This document shows, in pieces, positions 20,443 to 29,401 of a stretch of DNA of 63,514 bases. Made by a program: the position numbers and the translations under genes. Every line of letters begins with the position of its first letter. Within the stretch, counting starts at the first letter, position 1. The DNA is taken from the sequence record DRR723986_6594; one strand, 5' to 3'. Below the pieces are notes generated by a model. It was not told the DNA's origin and ran no database searches. It worked only from the letters and a program-made list of their open reading frames with translations.

Positions 20443-20984
20443 AAATTGGACTTGTTTAATTTTGGCAAAATTAAATCCTTTTCTGAAATTATAAGTTCCT
20501 TTTCAGGTATTTGCCAGTCGATGCCCAATTGAAGGTCGTTATAAATAATTCCATCTTCGGATTCTTTATTATAATAGTTATCGCATTTATATGAAAAAAT
20601 TGCTGTTTCAGATAAAACTACAAACCCATGAGCAAATCCTCTCGGTACGAATAATTGTTTTTTGTTTATTTCTGATAGTTCAACAGAAATATGCTGACCG
20701 TAAGTGGGTGAGCTTTTTCTGAGGTCTATAGCCACATCTAAAACTTTTCCTTTTATAACTCTAACTAATTTTGCTTGAGCATATTCTCCTTTTTGGTAAT
20801 GTAATCCTCTTAACACCCCTCTTGAAGAAAAAGACTCATTGTCTTGAACAAAATTTACATTAATACCTAAGGCGGTATTAAATCCAATTTGATTAAATGA
20901 TTCAAAAAAATAACCTCTATTGTCAGAAAATACAGTAGGTTGTAGAATAAAACAGCCTTTTAGTTTGGTCTCTACTATTTTCAT
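20439..20984 (-). CDS. rfbC: dTDP-4-dehydrorhamnose 3,5-epimerase
   Basis: [14 protein letters not shown] and PRGFAHGF motifs. Confidence 0.96.
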   Translation of the reverse strand: MKIVETKLKGCFILQPTVFSDNRGYFFESFNQIGFNTALGINVNFVQDNESFSSRGVLRGLHYQKGEYAQAKLVRVIKGKVLDVAIDLRKSSPTYGQHISVELSEINKKQLFVPRGFAHGFVVLSETAIFSYKCDNYYNKESEDGIIYNDLQLGIDWQIPEKELIISEKDLILPKLNKSNL

Positions 20985-21850
20985 TTTTTACTATTCAATA
21001 ATCCAAGTAAGTTTTTTCCGTAGCCACTTTTCATTAGCGAATCAGCTAAAGATCGAAATTGATGTTCGTCAATAAAGTTCATCTCAAATGCCGCAGCTTC
21101 AATCGAGCCTATTTTTAGACCTTGTCTGTTTTCAATTACTTCAACGAACTGGGACGCCTGCAATAATGAGTCAAAAGTCCCTGTATCTAACCATGCCGTG
21201 CCTCTGTCTAAAATACTGACACTTAATTTTCCTTTTTTAAGATACTCTTTGTTTATGTCCGTAATTTCTAATTCTCCTCTCTCACTTGGTTTTATATTAC
21301 TAGCTATTTCGACAACATCATTGTCGTAAAAATAGATTCCCGGAACGGCAAAATTTGATTTAGGGTTTTTTGGTTTTTCTTCTATTGATATTGCTTGACC
21401 TTGCGAATTAAACTCAACTACACCGTACCGCTCTGGGTCGTGAACTCTGTAGGCATAAATAATACCACCTCTTGGATTATTATTACTTTGCAATAAAGAT
21501 GCTAAACCAGAACCGTAGAATATATTATCCCCAAGAATAAGCGCTACTTTGTCTTTACCGATAAATTTCTTGCCAATAATAAATGCTTCCGCAAGACCAT
21601 TTGGAGCCTCCTGAATTGCATATGTGAATTTACATCCATACTTGTTTCCATCGCCTAATAGGTCCTTAAATAAGGGCAAATCTTTTGGAGTAGAAATAAT
21701 TAATATTTCACTAATACCGGAATACATAAGTGTTGATAAAGGATAATAAATCATTGGCTTATCATAAATAGGCATTAACTGCTTACTTATAGTTAGTGTT
21801 AAAGGATGTAATCTTGTGCCAGATCCACCGGCTAATATTATGCCTTTCAT
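20981..21850 (-). CDS. rfbA: Glucose-1-phosphate thymidylyltransferase
   Basis: [36 protein letters not shown] and WLDTGT motifs. Confidence 0.97.
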   Translation of the reverse strand: MKGIILAGGSGTRLHPLTLTISKQLMPIYDKPMIYYPLSTLMYSGISEILIISTPKDLPLFKDLLGDGNKYGCKFTYAIQEAPNGLAEAFIIGKKFIGKDKVALILGDNIFYGSGLASLLQSNNNPRGGIIYAYRVHDPERYGVVEFNSQGQAISIEEKPKNPKSNFAVPGIYFYDNDVVEIASNIKPSERGELEITDINKEYLKKGKLSVSILDRGTAWLDTGTFDSLLQASQFVEVIENRQGLKIGSIEAAAFEMNFIDEHQFRSLADSLMKSGYGKNLLGLLNSKK

Positions 21851-21853
21851 TTT

Positions 21854-22915
21854 TTAGCTATATTGACTCTTATAATAAGACTGATAAACTCCACTGGTTA
21901 CATGCTCTAACCATTCTGTATTTTCTAAATACCAATCAATTGTAATACTCAGTCCTTGCTCAAATGTTACTGATGGTTGCCACCCGAGCTTATTTTTTAT
22001 TTTAGAAGCATCTATTGCGTATCTTAAATCGTGCCCTGGTCTGTCTTTAACAAACGAAATAAGTTTTTCAGAACTACCTTTTTCTCTTGCTAACTTCAGG
22101 TCCATTAGTTGACAAAGAAGTTTAACTAAATCAATATTCTTCCATTCATTAAAACCGCCTATGTTATATGTTTCCCCTAATATTCCATTGTGAAATGCAA
22201 CATCTATTGCTATTGCATGATCTTTAACATAGAGCCAATCTCTGGTATAATTACCGTCTCCATACACAGGAAGCGATTTATTATTAATAATATTGTTAAT
22301 GAAAAGTGGTATTAATTTTTCTGGAAATTGATTTTGACCATAATTATTTGAGCAATTACTTATAACGTAGGGCATATTATAAGTCTCACCATACGCTCTA
22401 ACAAAATGATCAGAACTGGCTTTTGACGCCGAATAAGGGGAGTTTGGATCGTAAGAAGTTATTTCAGTAAATAGCCCATCTTCACCTAATGTTCCATACA
22501 CCTCGTCTGTACTTACATGATAAAACAATTTATTTTCAAAATTATTGATCCAACAATTTTTGAAGGCATTTAATAAAACTACTGTTCCTATTACATTTGT
22601 CTTAACAAATGATAAAGGGTCACTTATTGAGCGATCAACATGTGATTCAGCAGCTAAATGAATAACCGAATCAAATCTATGTTTTTGAAACAAATCATTA
22701 ATTCCCTTCTCATCACTGATATCTAATTTTATAAAAAAATAATTAGGCTTATCTTCAACGTCTTTTAAATTTTCTAAATTCCCTGCATAGGTTAAACTGT
22801 CTACATTATAAATGTCATAATTAGGATATTTATTTAAAAAAAGGCGCACTACATGCGAGCCAATAAATCCAGCACCTCCAGTAATTAAAACTTTACGTTT
22901 ATTATCATTACTCAT
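21854..22915 (-). CDS. rfbB: dTDP-glucose 4,6-dehydratase
   Basis: TGGAGFIGS, HLAAESHVDRSI, STDEVYG, YSASK and DRPGHD motifs. Confidence 0.97.
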   Translation of the reverse strand: MSNDNKRKVLITGGAGFIGSHVVRLFLNKYPNYDIYNVDSLTYAGNLENLKDVEDKPNYFFIKLDISDEKGINDLFQKHRFDSVIHLAAESHVDRSISDPLSFVKTNVIGTVVLLNAFKNCWINNFENKLFYHVSTDEVYGTLGEDGLFTEITSYDPNSPYSASKASSDHFVRAYGETYNMPYVISNCSNNYGQNQFPEKLIPLFINNIINNKSLPVYGDGNYTRDWLYVKDHAIAIDVAFHNGILGETYNIGGFNEWKNIDLVKLLCQLMDLKLAREKGSSEKLISFVKDRPGHDLRYAIDASKIKNKLGWQPSVTFEQGLSITIDWYLENTEWLEHVTSGVYQSYYKSQYS

Positions 22916-23960
22916 AATTCTTTATGTAGTTAAATATACTTAGTAGGATATAAACATATGCTAATATAGCAATTGATAATGCTGGTATAACAAATATGTA
23001 TGTTGAGAAATATGACGTTTCTATAGTACCAACCTCTTCAAAACGAGATAATATATCAAAGTAATCACTTTCTTCAATTAGGGTTTCGTCAAGACTTCTT
23101 ATTTTTTCCCTAATCTTTAATTCTTCTTGAAACAAATCATATTCTCTAGTTTTTGTTCTTTCCTGCATAATTGGAAGAAAACTATTTGGACTTACAGTAG
23201 AACCACCGTTCTCAGACTCCATTTTCATTATTTGCAGATACGTTTGTTGAAGACTATCAATTTTTTCTAACTCTTTATTGTAAGCGGCTCTTTTAACTAA
23301 TAATGATGAATCTCGAATTTTTTTGAGTTTTACAGAATAATCATTCTCAAAGGTATTTTCAAACCCTTTTTCTAGGCTTTGAAATACGTCAACCTTGTAA
23401 GATTTGGCTTTAATTGAAAAAATATTGCCCTCAAGAATATCTCTATTTAGAACATAATCATCAAAAGTCACATCATCAGCTAAGATACTATCAATTGAAC
23501 TTATATATTCGTCATATTCAATCAACAAATCATTTTGGGTCTCAGGACCTATTTCAATTTCAAAGCTTATCAACTCTTTCGCCTCTGAAGTATCAATTTC
23601 AAAAATCCTTGCTAATTCTGGTAAATTTTCTGAGTCTATCAAAGCATTAAAATAATCAACATTATTTGCTAATTCATACTTTGAGTCAAAGTAAGGTTTA
23701 ACCAACATATCTGAATAATATACCGTATCCTTTAATTTGTCGGAGACAAAACCAATAATACCTGCAATCATAACTATAATTGAAATTAATTTAAAGTTAT
23801 TAACTACAGGTTTTAGTGCATAAATAATAGCGCTAAAAATAGCTTTAAAAATTCGTCCAATAAACGCAAATAATTTTTCGAAAAGTCTTCCTATAGCATT
23901 AAATAACTGCCCTAAATCGACTTCTTCACTTTGAGATTGCTGTGGTAACTTTTCACTCAT
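22908..23960 (-). CDS. Wzz-like chain-length determinant (putative)
   Basis: N-terminal EEVDLGQLF, two terminal TM helices around a coiled-coil-rich periplasmic region, directly upstream of rfbB. Confidence 0.6.
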   Translation of the reverse strand: MSEKLPQQSQSEEVDLGQLFNAIGRLFEKLFAFIGRIFKAIFSAIIYALKPVVNNFKLISIIVMIAGIIGFVSDKLKDTVYYSDMLVKPYFDSKYELANNVDYFNALIDSENLPELARIFEIDTSEAKELISFEIEIGPETQNDLLIEYDEYISSIDSILADDVTFDDYVLNRDILEGNIFSIKAKSYKVDVFQSLEKGFENTFENDYSVKLKKIRDSSLLVKRAAYNKELEKIDSLQQTYLQIMKMESENGGSTVSPNSFLPIMQERTKTREYDLFQEELKIREKIRSLDETLIEESDYFDILSRFEEVGTIETSYFSTYIFVIPALSIAILAYVYILLSIFNYIKNYE

Positions 23961-23963
23961 TTT

Positions 23964-25655
23964 TTAAGAATTAAATATTTGTTCTAAAATTTTCTTTGTT
24001 ATTACATAAGTTGGCTTTACACCTGAAGTGCCTAGTCCTCCAGAAGCTAAAGTACTCCCTGTTTCTAAGGGGTTGTCGCTTGCATAATAAGCGTACCTAA
24101 CCTGTACGTCTTGGTTAATGTTCCCTCTAACTTTTGATGCCGCTTGTATGGCTTTTTGATAATGTGCGCCTTCCATTTCTAATCCAATGACGTTCCAGGT
24201 TGAGTTTTTAAAGAATTTTAATATTTCTTTGTTTTGTAATGATGTTCCTAATACGGTAACCATGGTGCCTTCATACACATCAACACCGCAATCTGCTAGG
24301 TCATCTTTATTTAACTCATTTTTAAAAGGATAATTATCTGCAGTACCTTCAAAGATATGCGCTGAAGGAATCATTACATCTCCTTTACCGCCTTCTAAAA
24401 TACCTGCCTTACCCATAATTGAAATAGACTTTACATCTAAATGTACATTTTTTCCGTTAACCTTTATCGGCTTTAGAAATTCGTCTAAAGTTTCATAAGC
24501 TTGTTCGCCAAAAGCATAGTCCATTACAAATATAACCGCTTTGTCATTTTTATCGGCAACTGAATAACTAAAACCTGTTTTAGAAAAATCTATTTTATCA
24601 GTATCAAAAATCTGAACATCAATGTTGGTGCCTGATTTATCTTCTATATAAATCATTCCGTTTTGCAACGCTGTTTTCTCGACTTTATTGCGCATTGCAG
24701 CATTTTTTGAATTACTCAACTCTTCGTAATATTCAAAAATATCTCGTTTTGAATCTTTAGTTTTAAGCGTAGATTTTGCAAAAAGAGAATTCATTACACT
24801 GTGCATATTTGCACTTATAATATGTATTGGTCTTTCTAAAAGTCCGTTCTTATGTAAGACAGCTTTTATAGTATCCGCCCATTCTTCACCATGAATATGA
24901 TGGCCTAGCCGCTCTCTTAAAACTGGACTAAATGTGATTGTTCTTTTCTTATTATTTACTGTTTCTTCAATAGCCAATTTTCCTAACCAGTATATTATAT
25001 GTAAAAACCTTTCTGGCTGCGACTCTGTTGCAAATGTAGAATATGCTTCGGTCAACTCATTAAAGGTTCTGCCAAGGATATTTGCTGTATGAGTTATGGC
25101 AATTTCACGTTCTTTTTGGGTGAGTTTTTTGGTAGAATTTACTGCGTTTTCTAATTTCTTCCAATCCCTTACAGTAGTTCCTTCTTCGTCAATTAATACA
25201 CGTTTACTTATTTTATGAGACTCTATAAATAAGAATGTAAGGTGCGTAAGAATATCATAAATTTCTGAACGTCCTCTTGTAATTTCTATATTCATTTGTT
25301 CGCTATCTATACGATAACAATTACGTCTTCTTTTTGGTGGTATAATTGGTTTAAAATGAGAATTAGCATAACCTTCATCACTAGTGAGATTTATAAACGT
25401 ACATTCTTCGATGCCTTGTGGTAACCTATCAATAACATACAATAAGCCTTCTAATTCTGCTTTTTCATCGGTGATAGATCCATAAATTTCAGGTCTTAGT
25501 AGTAATAAAGATTCCCGCAAGGTTTCACCAGAAACTCCCATTGGTTTATAAAATCCACGATTAAACAAATGACGCATAGTTATATACATGCGCTCAATTG
25601 CGTTTGAGCTTTCTTGGGCTCTAGTTCTTTCGTGTCTTTTTTTGGTTGTCCTCAT
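23964..25655 (-). CDS. Conserved hypothetical protein (DUF6909-like) with nucleoside phosphorylase-like C-terminal domain
   Basis: C-terminal IMGKAG...GDVMIP...GLEMEG...ASD pattern resembles PNP/UDP/AMP-nucleosidase fold motifs. DUF number is from recall, not a search. Confidence 0.55.
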   Translation of the reverse strand: MRTTKKRHERTRAQESSNAIERMYITMRHLFNRGFYKPMGVSGETLRESLLLLRPEIYGSITDEKAELEGLLYVIDRLPQGIEECTFINLTSDEGYANSHFKPIIPPKRRRNCYRIDSEQMNIEITRGRSEIYDILTHLTFLFIESHKISKRVLIDEEGTTVRDWKKLENAVNSTKKLTQKEREIAITHTANILGRTFNELTEAYSTFATESQPERFLHIIYWLGKLAIEETVNNKKRTITFSPVLRERLGHHIHGEEWADTIKAVLHKNGLLERPIHIISANMHSVMNSLFAKSTLKTKDSKRDIFEYYEELSNSKNAAMRNKVEKTALQNGMIYIEDKSGTNIDVQIFDTDKIDFSKTGFSYSVADKNDKAVIFVMDYAFGEQAYETLDEFLKPIKVNGKNVHLDVKSISIMGKAGILEGGKGDVMIPSAHIFEGTADNYPFKNELNKDDLADCGVDVYEGTMVTVLGTSLQNKEILKFFKNSTWNVIGLEMEGAHYQKAIQAASKVRGNINQDVQVRYAYYASDNPLETGSTLASGGLGTSGVKPTYVITKKILEQIFNS

Positions 25656-25671
25656 ATGTTATTTTAACCAG

Positions 25672-25679
25672 CAAATATA
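25672..25679 (-). promoter_or_regulatory. -7 promoter element (TATATTTG) upstream of the DUF6909-like gene
   Basis: Exact TAnnTTTG match in the 27-bp GH3/DUF6909 gap. Confidence 0.6.
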
Positions 25680-25682
25680 GCT

Positions 25683-27185
25683 TTATTTAGTTAATTCTAA
25701 CTGATACAATTTATCTGCTATTTTTCTATCATTAGCAAGTCTTGGAATTTTATTTTGCCCACCTAATTTGCCTATAGACTTCATATAGATCTTAAAGCCA
25801 TCTTTTTTAACCATAGTTAGCTTAAGTCTTCTAAGTACCTTACCTTCTATCAAATCCAAGTAATAACTGTTTTGTTTTTGTAATGACTTCTCGAGTGAAT
25901 CTATAAAGTTATCTAAATCATTTGGCTCATTTTCAAACTCTACAAACCATTCATGATAGGGTAATCCTTCATTTGGGTTTATTTGTGGAGCAACCGTAAA
26001 TTCATTGACAGATATATTAGTGTTTTCAGTGGCTTCTTTAAGAGCTTGTTCTACTTCCTTACCAATAACATGTTCTCCAAATGCAGATATAAAGTGTTTA
26101 ATTCTTCCGCTAACAATAACTCTGTATGGCATTAATGATGTAAATTCTACTGTGTCACCAATATTATAGGACCAAAGACCCGCTGTGGTAGAAATTATCA
26201 TTACATAATTAACTCCCAATTTTACATCTTCTATTGTAATTCGCTTTGGGTTTGCTTCAAAAAAATGGTCGGCCTCAACAAATTCATAAAAAATCCCAGA
26301 ATTTAATTGTAGAAGCATGCCTTTTTCATTTTGTTTATCCTGAAAGGCAAAAAAACCTTCACTTGCAGGATATAATTCAATACTATCTACTTTTCTGCCA
26401 ATTAAATTTTCAAATTTAGAGCGATATGGTTCATAATTCACTCCACCGAATATGAAGAGATTAAAATTGGTGAAAATATCACCGACCTTTTTGTCCGTTT
26501 TATCAATTAGTTTTTCAAAATACATCTGTACCCACGAAGGAATGCCAGAAATAATAGTCATGTTTTCATCTATTGTTTCTTCAACAATAGCGTCAACCTT
26601 AGTTTCCCAATCTTCAATACAATTAGTCTCAAGACTTGGCATTCTGTTTTTTTGAAGGTATTTTGGTACATAATGCGCAACAATCCCTGATAGTCTTCCT
26701 AGTTTTATGCCGTTTTTTTCGTCTAAAACCGGACTGCCTTGTAAAAAAATCATTTTACCATCTACAAAACTTGAGTTTCCTGTTTCGTCGATATACATTA
26801 AAATGGCATTTCTAGCTGCTTTTACATGAGTAGGCATACTCTCTTTTGTTATTGGAATGTATTTAGCGCCAGAAGTGGTGCCAGAAGTTTTTGCAAAATA
26901 AATTGGTTTACCCCTCCAAAGCACATTCTCTTCACCCGCTACAACTCTATCTACATAAGGCCTTAATTCTTCGTAATCCCTAATTGGGACTTTAGCAATA
27001 AAGTCGCTATATGTTTTAATACTCTTAAAGTCATGATCCGCGCCAAATGCTGTATTCTTAGCGCTGGCAATTAAATGTTTAAAGACCTGTTGTTGGGTTT
27101 TTATTGGGTTTAACGACCATTTTTTAATTCGCTTTGCAACTATTTTTGCAAATGGAATTGAAAGTGCTGCTTTAACGGTTGGCAT
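25683..27185 (-). CDS. GH3-family (auxin-responsive promoter-like) acyl-adenylate amido synthetase
   Basis: FAKTSGTTSGAKYIP, YPASEG, YNIGD and GGQNKIPRL motifs. Confidence 0.88.
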   Translation of the reverse strand: MPTVKAALSIPFAKIVAKRIKKWSLNPIKTQQQVFKHLIASAKNTAFGADHDFKSIKTYSDFIAKVPIRDYEELRPYVDRVVAGEENVLWRGKPIYFAKTSGTTSGAKYIPITKESMPTHVKAARNAILMYIDETGNSSFVDGKMIFLQGSPVLDEKNGIKLGRLSGIVAHYVPKYLQKNRMPSLETNCIEDWETKVDAIVEETIDENMTIISGIPSWVQMYFEKLIDKTDKKVGDIFTNFNLFIFGGVNYEPYRSKFENLIGRKVDSIELYPASEGFFAFQDKQNEKGMLLQLNSGIFYEFVEADHFFEANPKRITIEDVKLGVNYVMIISTTAGLWSYNIGDTVEFTSLMPYRVIVSGRIKHFISAFGEHVIGKEVEQALKEATENTNISVNEFTVAPQINPNEGLPYHEWFVEFENEPNDLDNFIDSLEKSLQKQNSYYLDLIEGKVLRRLKLTMVKKDGFKIYMKSIGKLGGQNKIPRLANDRKIADKLYQLELTK

Positions 27186-28054
27186 TACTGAAAATCAATA
27201 AAATTAGTTGGATCAACTGAGTATCCTTTACTCCATAATTCAAAATGCAGGTGCGGTCCTGTACTTAACTCACCTGTTCCACCAGACATTGCTATAACTT
27301 CACCAGCTTTAACTAAATCGCCTTGAGATTTTGTAATTGCTGTATTATGCTTGTAAACAGATATTAATTCTCTGTTGTGTTCTATTATGAGAACATAGCC
27401 TGTTTCTACGGTCCATTCTGCAAAAATAACAGTTCCGTCTGCCGTGGCTTTAACCGGAGTATTCGCAGCAACAACAACATCTACCGCAAAATGCTTTTCT
27501 TCTATGTTATAACCCTCTGAAATTGAACCATTAACTGGAGGAAACAAAACATAGTTTGATTTGTCTTGGGATTCATCAAACAAATTATATTTATCTTCTT
27601 TATTTACTTTTTCCCTAAGTAATGAATCTTCTTTATTAGGATTAACTTGGGTTATTTCTATATCTTTTTTTGCCGCCTGGATGATTGAATCTCGGTTAAA
27701 ATCTACTGTTTCAACATCACCTGTAAGTACTTTTCTAATGGATGCGTAATATTGTTTATTAAGTTCCAACTCTCTCACTAAAGAATCGGTCTTATAATTT
27801 AATACAGATGCCCGTTTCTTTAATTTTGTTGAAGAATAACCAGGTATATATTCTCTTAATGGTGTAAATGCTATTAACAGTATTGTGAAAAAAACAAGAA
27901 AAATTGCTGAAATAGACGTTAATACAAAAACATTTAACCTAGTTAGTTTAATAGCATACCTTTCTTCAAAAGTGTCCTCGTTAAGTATTACCAAACGATA
28001 CTTATGAAGTAGTTTTTTAGCGAATTTTTTTTCCTTCTTATTCTTTTTTGCCAT
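27185..28054 (-). CDS. M23 family metallopeptidase
   Basis: N-terminal TM; HFAVD, YKH and STGPHLHFE motifs. Confidence 0.9.
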   Translation of the reverse strand: MAKKNKKEKKFAKKLLHKYRLVILNEDTFEERYAIKLTRLNVFVLTSISAIFLVFFTILLIAFTPLREYIPGYSSTKLKKRASVLNYKTDSLVRELELNKQYYASIRKVLTGDVETVDFNRDSIIQAAKKDIEITQVNPNKEDSLLREKVNKEDKYNLFDESQDKSNYVLFPPVNGSISEGYNIEEKHFAVDVVVAANTPVKATADGTVIFAEWTVETGYVLIIEHNRELISVYKHNTAITKSQGDLVKAGEVIAMSGGTGELSTGPHLHFELWSKGYSVDPTNFIDFQ

Positions 28055-28141
28055 TAAAACAAAATTAGTTAAAATAGTGAAATACCAATGCCATTAGCTG
28101 CTAAAGTTGTGTTTAGAACGCTATTATTAAACTATAATTAT

Positions 28142-28149
28142 TAACTTTG
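28142..28149 (+). promoter_or_regulatory. -7 promoter element (TAACTTTG) for tatA
   Basis: TAnnTTTG match 18 nt upstream of the ATG. Confidence 0.65.
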
Positions 28150-28167
28150 TTGCTTAAATTATAAATT

Positions 28168-28347
28168 ATGAGTTTTAGCTTAATTCCTTTATGGATTGGA
28201 TGGCCACAAGTGGTCTTAATAGCTGTAGTAGTATTACTGCTTTTTGGAGGTAAAAAAATACCTGAATTAATGAAAGGCTTAGGTAGCGGATTGAAAGAGT
28301 TTAAGGATGCTAGTAAAGATGAATCTGACACTAAAGAAAACGAATAA
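28168..28347 (+). CDS. tatA: Twin-arginine translocase subunit TatA/E
   Basis: Not in ORF track. 59 aa [59 protein letters not shown], with the TatA signature LLLFGxKKIPEL..G..EFK. Confidence 0.93.
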   Translation: MSFSLIPLWIGWPQVVLIAVVVLLLFGGKKIPELMKGLGSGLKEFKDASKDESDTKENE

Positions 28348-28364
28348 ACTCTTCTATACAGAGA

Positions 28365-28397
28365 TAAAAAAAGCCAACTAATAAGTTGGCTTTTTTA
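28365..28397. terminator. Bidirectional intrinsic terminator
   Basis: AAAAAAGCCAACT-aata-AGTTGGCTTTTTT between convergent tatA and DUF4837 genes. Confidence 0.85.
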
Positions 28398-29378
28398 TTA
28401 TTTTATAGCTATTGATTTAATAATTGATTCGAGTTCAAAAACTAAACTTCTTTTACTTATAGACGGAGCGTATACATATCCATCTGCAATTAAATAACGA
28501 TTATTTATTTTATCTTCTATAGCATAGGTTACAAATGGACCTGACATATATTCTCCTTTAATTTCCCAAATTCCTCTTACTTCGTATGTTGGTTTATTAT
28601 CAACAATTGTCTCCAACAAAGATGGCACATAGGCATCCTCTACAGTCATGGCTATATTATCCTCACCCGGTATTTTTGTAGTAGTTATCTGGTCTCTCAT
28701 TTTTATAATATCTACAATAGTACTATCTCCCTTTGATATGGTCTCGAGTGGCACTTCGTAAAACATAAAATCCATCGTCTTTGTATTACTTAAGCTTTTT
28801 CTAATCCAGAAAAAGTCTTCTGAGGACTTTCCGATTTTATAAACTGATGGAATATTGATTGTAAATCCAAGACTACTCTCTATCTGTTTGGTGTCTAATA
28901 ATGACAAATTAATACGTCGTTGTTTTTCTTTAACCTCTTCTTTATTAAATGCATCAATAATTTTTGCCTTATTCCCTTCTAGTTGATCTATTATTTCCCG
29001 ATCTGTTTTACCGCCAATTACGGCTACTGTTTGTGGCTTAGCAAAAGCCTCATTAACTATTTTGGTGGTTGGCTCTAAATTGCCTTTTTCAATTTTTAAA
29101 ATAACTCTGCTTCTGGTTGCAAACCCGTCAAATACCTGTGTTGGTATTTGTCTCAGGCTAAACTTTGGTTCATCTACAGGTAAACCATTTAATGGTGCGG
29201 CAAAAATATCTCTAATTTTTTCACCAACCTCTCCTTCCCACAAGGCATTATCCACTACTATAGATATATTATTAATGTTTCCATTAGAATCTGGTAAAAA
29301 TTTCTGGTTTTCGCCTTTAGAATTATTGTCACAAGACACTAATAATGAGCAAATAAATAATACAAATACAACTCTCAT
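28398..29378 (-). CDS. DUF4837-like lipoprotein
   Basis: SpII signal (LLVS-C), SNGNINNI and GLPVDEP motifs, C-terminal GPF...YAP...ELESII. Confidence 0.75.
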   Translation of the reverse strand: MRVVFVLFICSLLVSCDNNSKGENQKFLPDSNGNINNISIVVDNALWEGEVGEKIRDIFAAPLNGLPVDEPKFSLRQIPTQVFDGFATRSRVILKIEKGNLEPTTKIVNEAFAKPQTVAVIGGKTDREIIDQLEGNKAKIIDAFNKEEVKEKQRRINLSLLDTKQIESSLGFTINIPSVYKIGKSSEDFFWIRKSLSNTKTMDFMFYEVPLETISKGDSTIVDIIKMRDQITTTKIPGEDNIAMTVEDAYVPSLLETIVDNKPTYEVRGIWEIKGEYMSGPFVTYAIEDKINNRYLIADGYVYAPSISKRSLVFELESIIKSIAIK

Positions 29379-29401
29379 AAGTTATGTTTTTTGTTGGTTC
29401 T

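Noticed and set aside
28113-28331. 72-aa minus-strand ORF
   Set aside because: Antisense to tatA.
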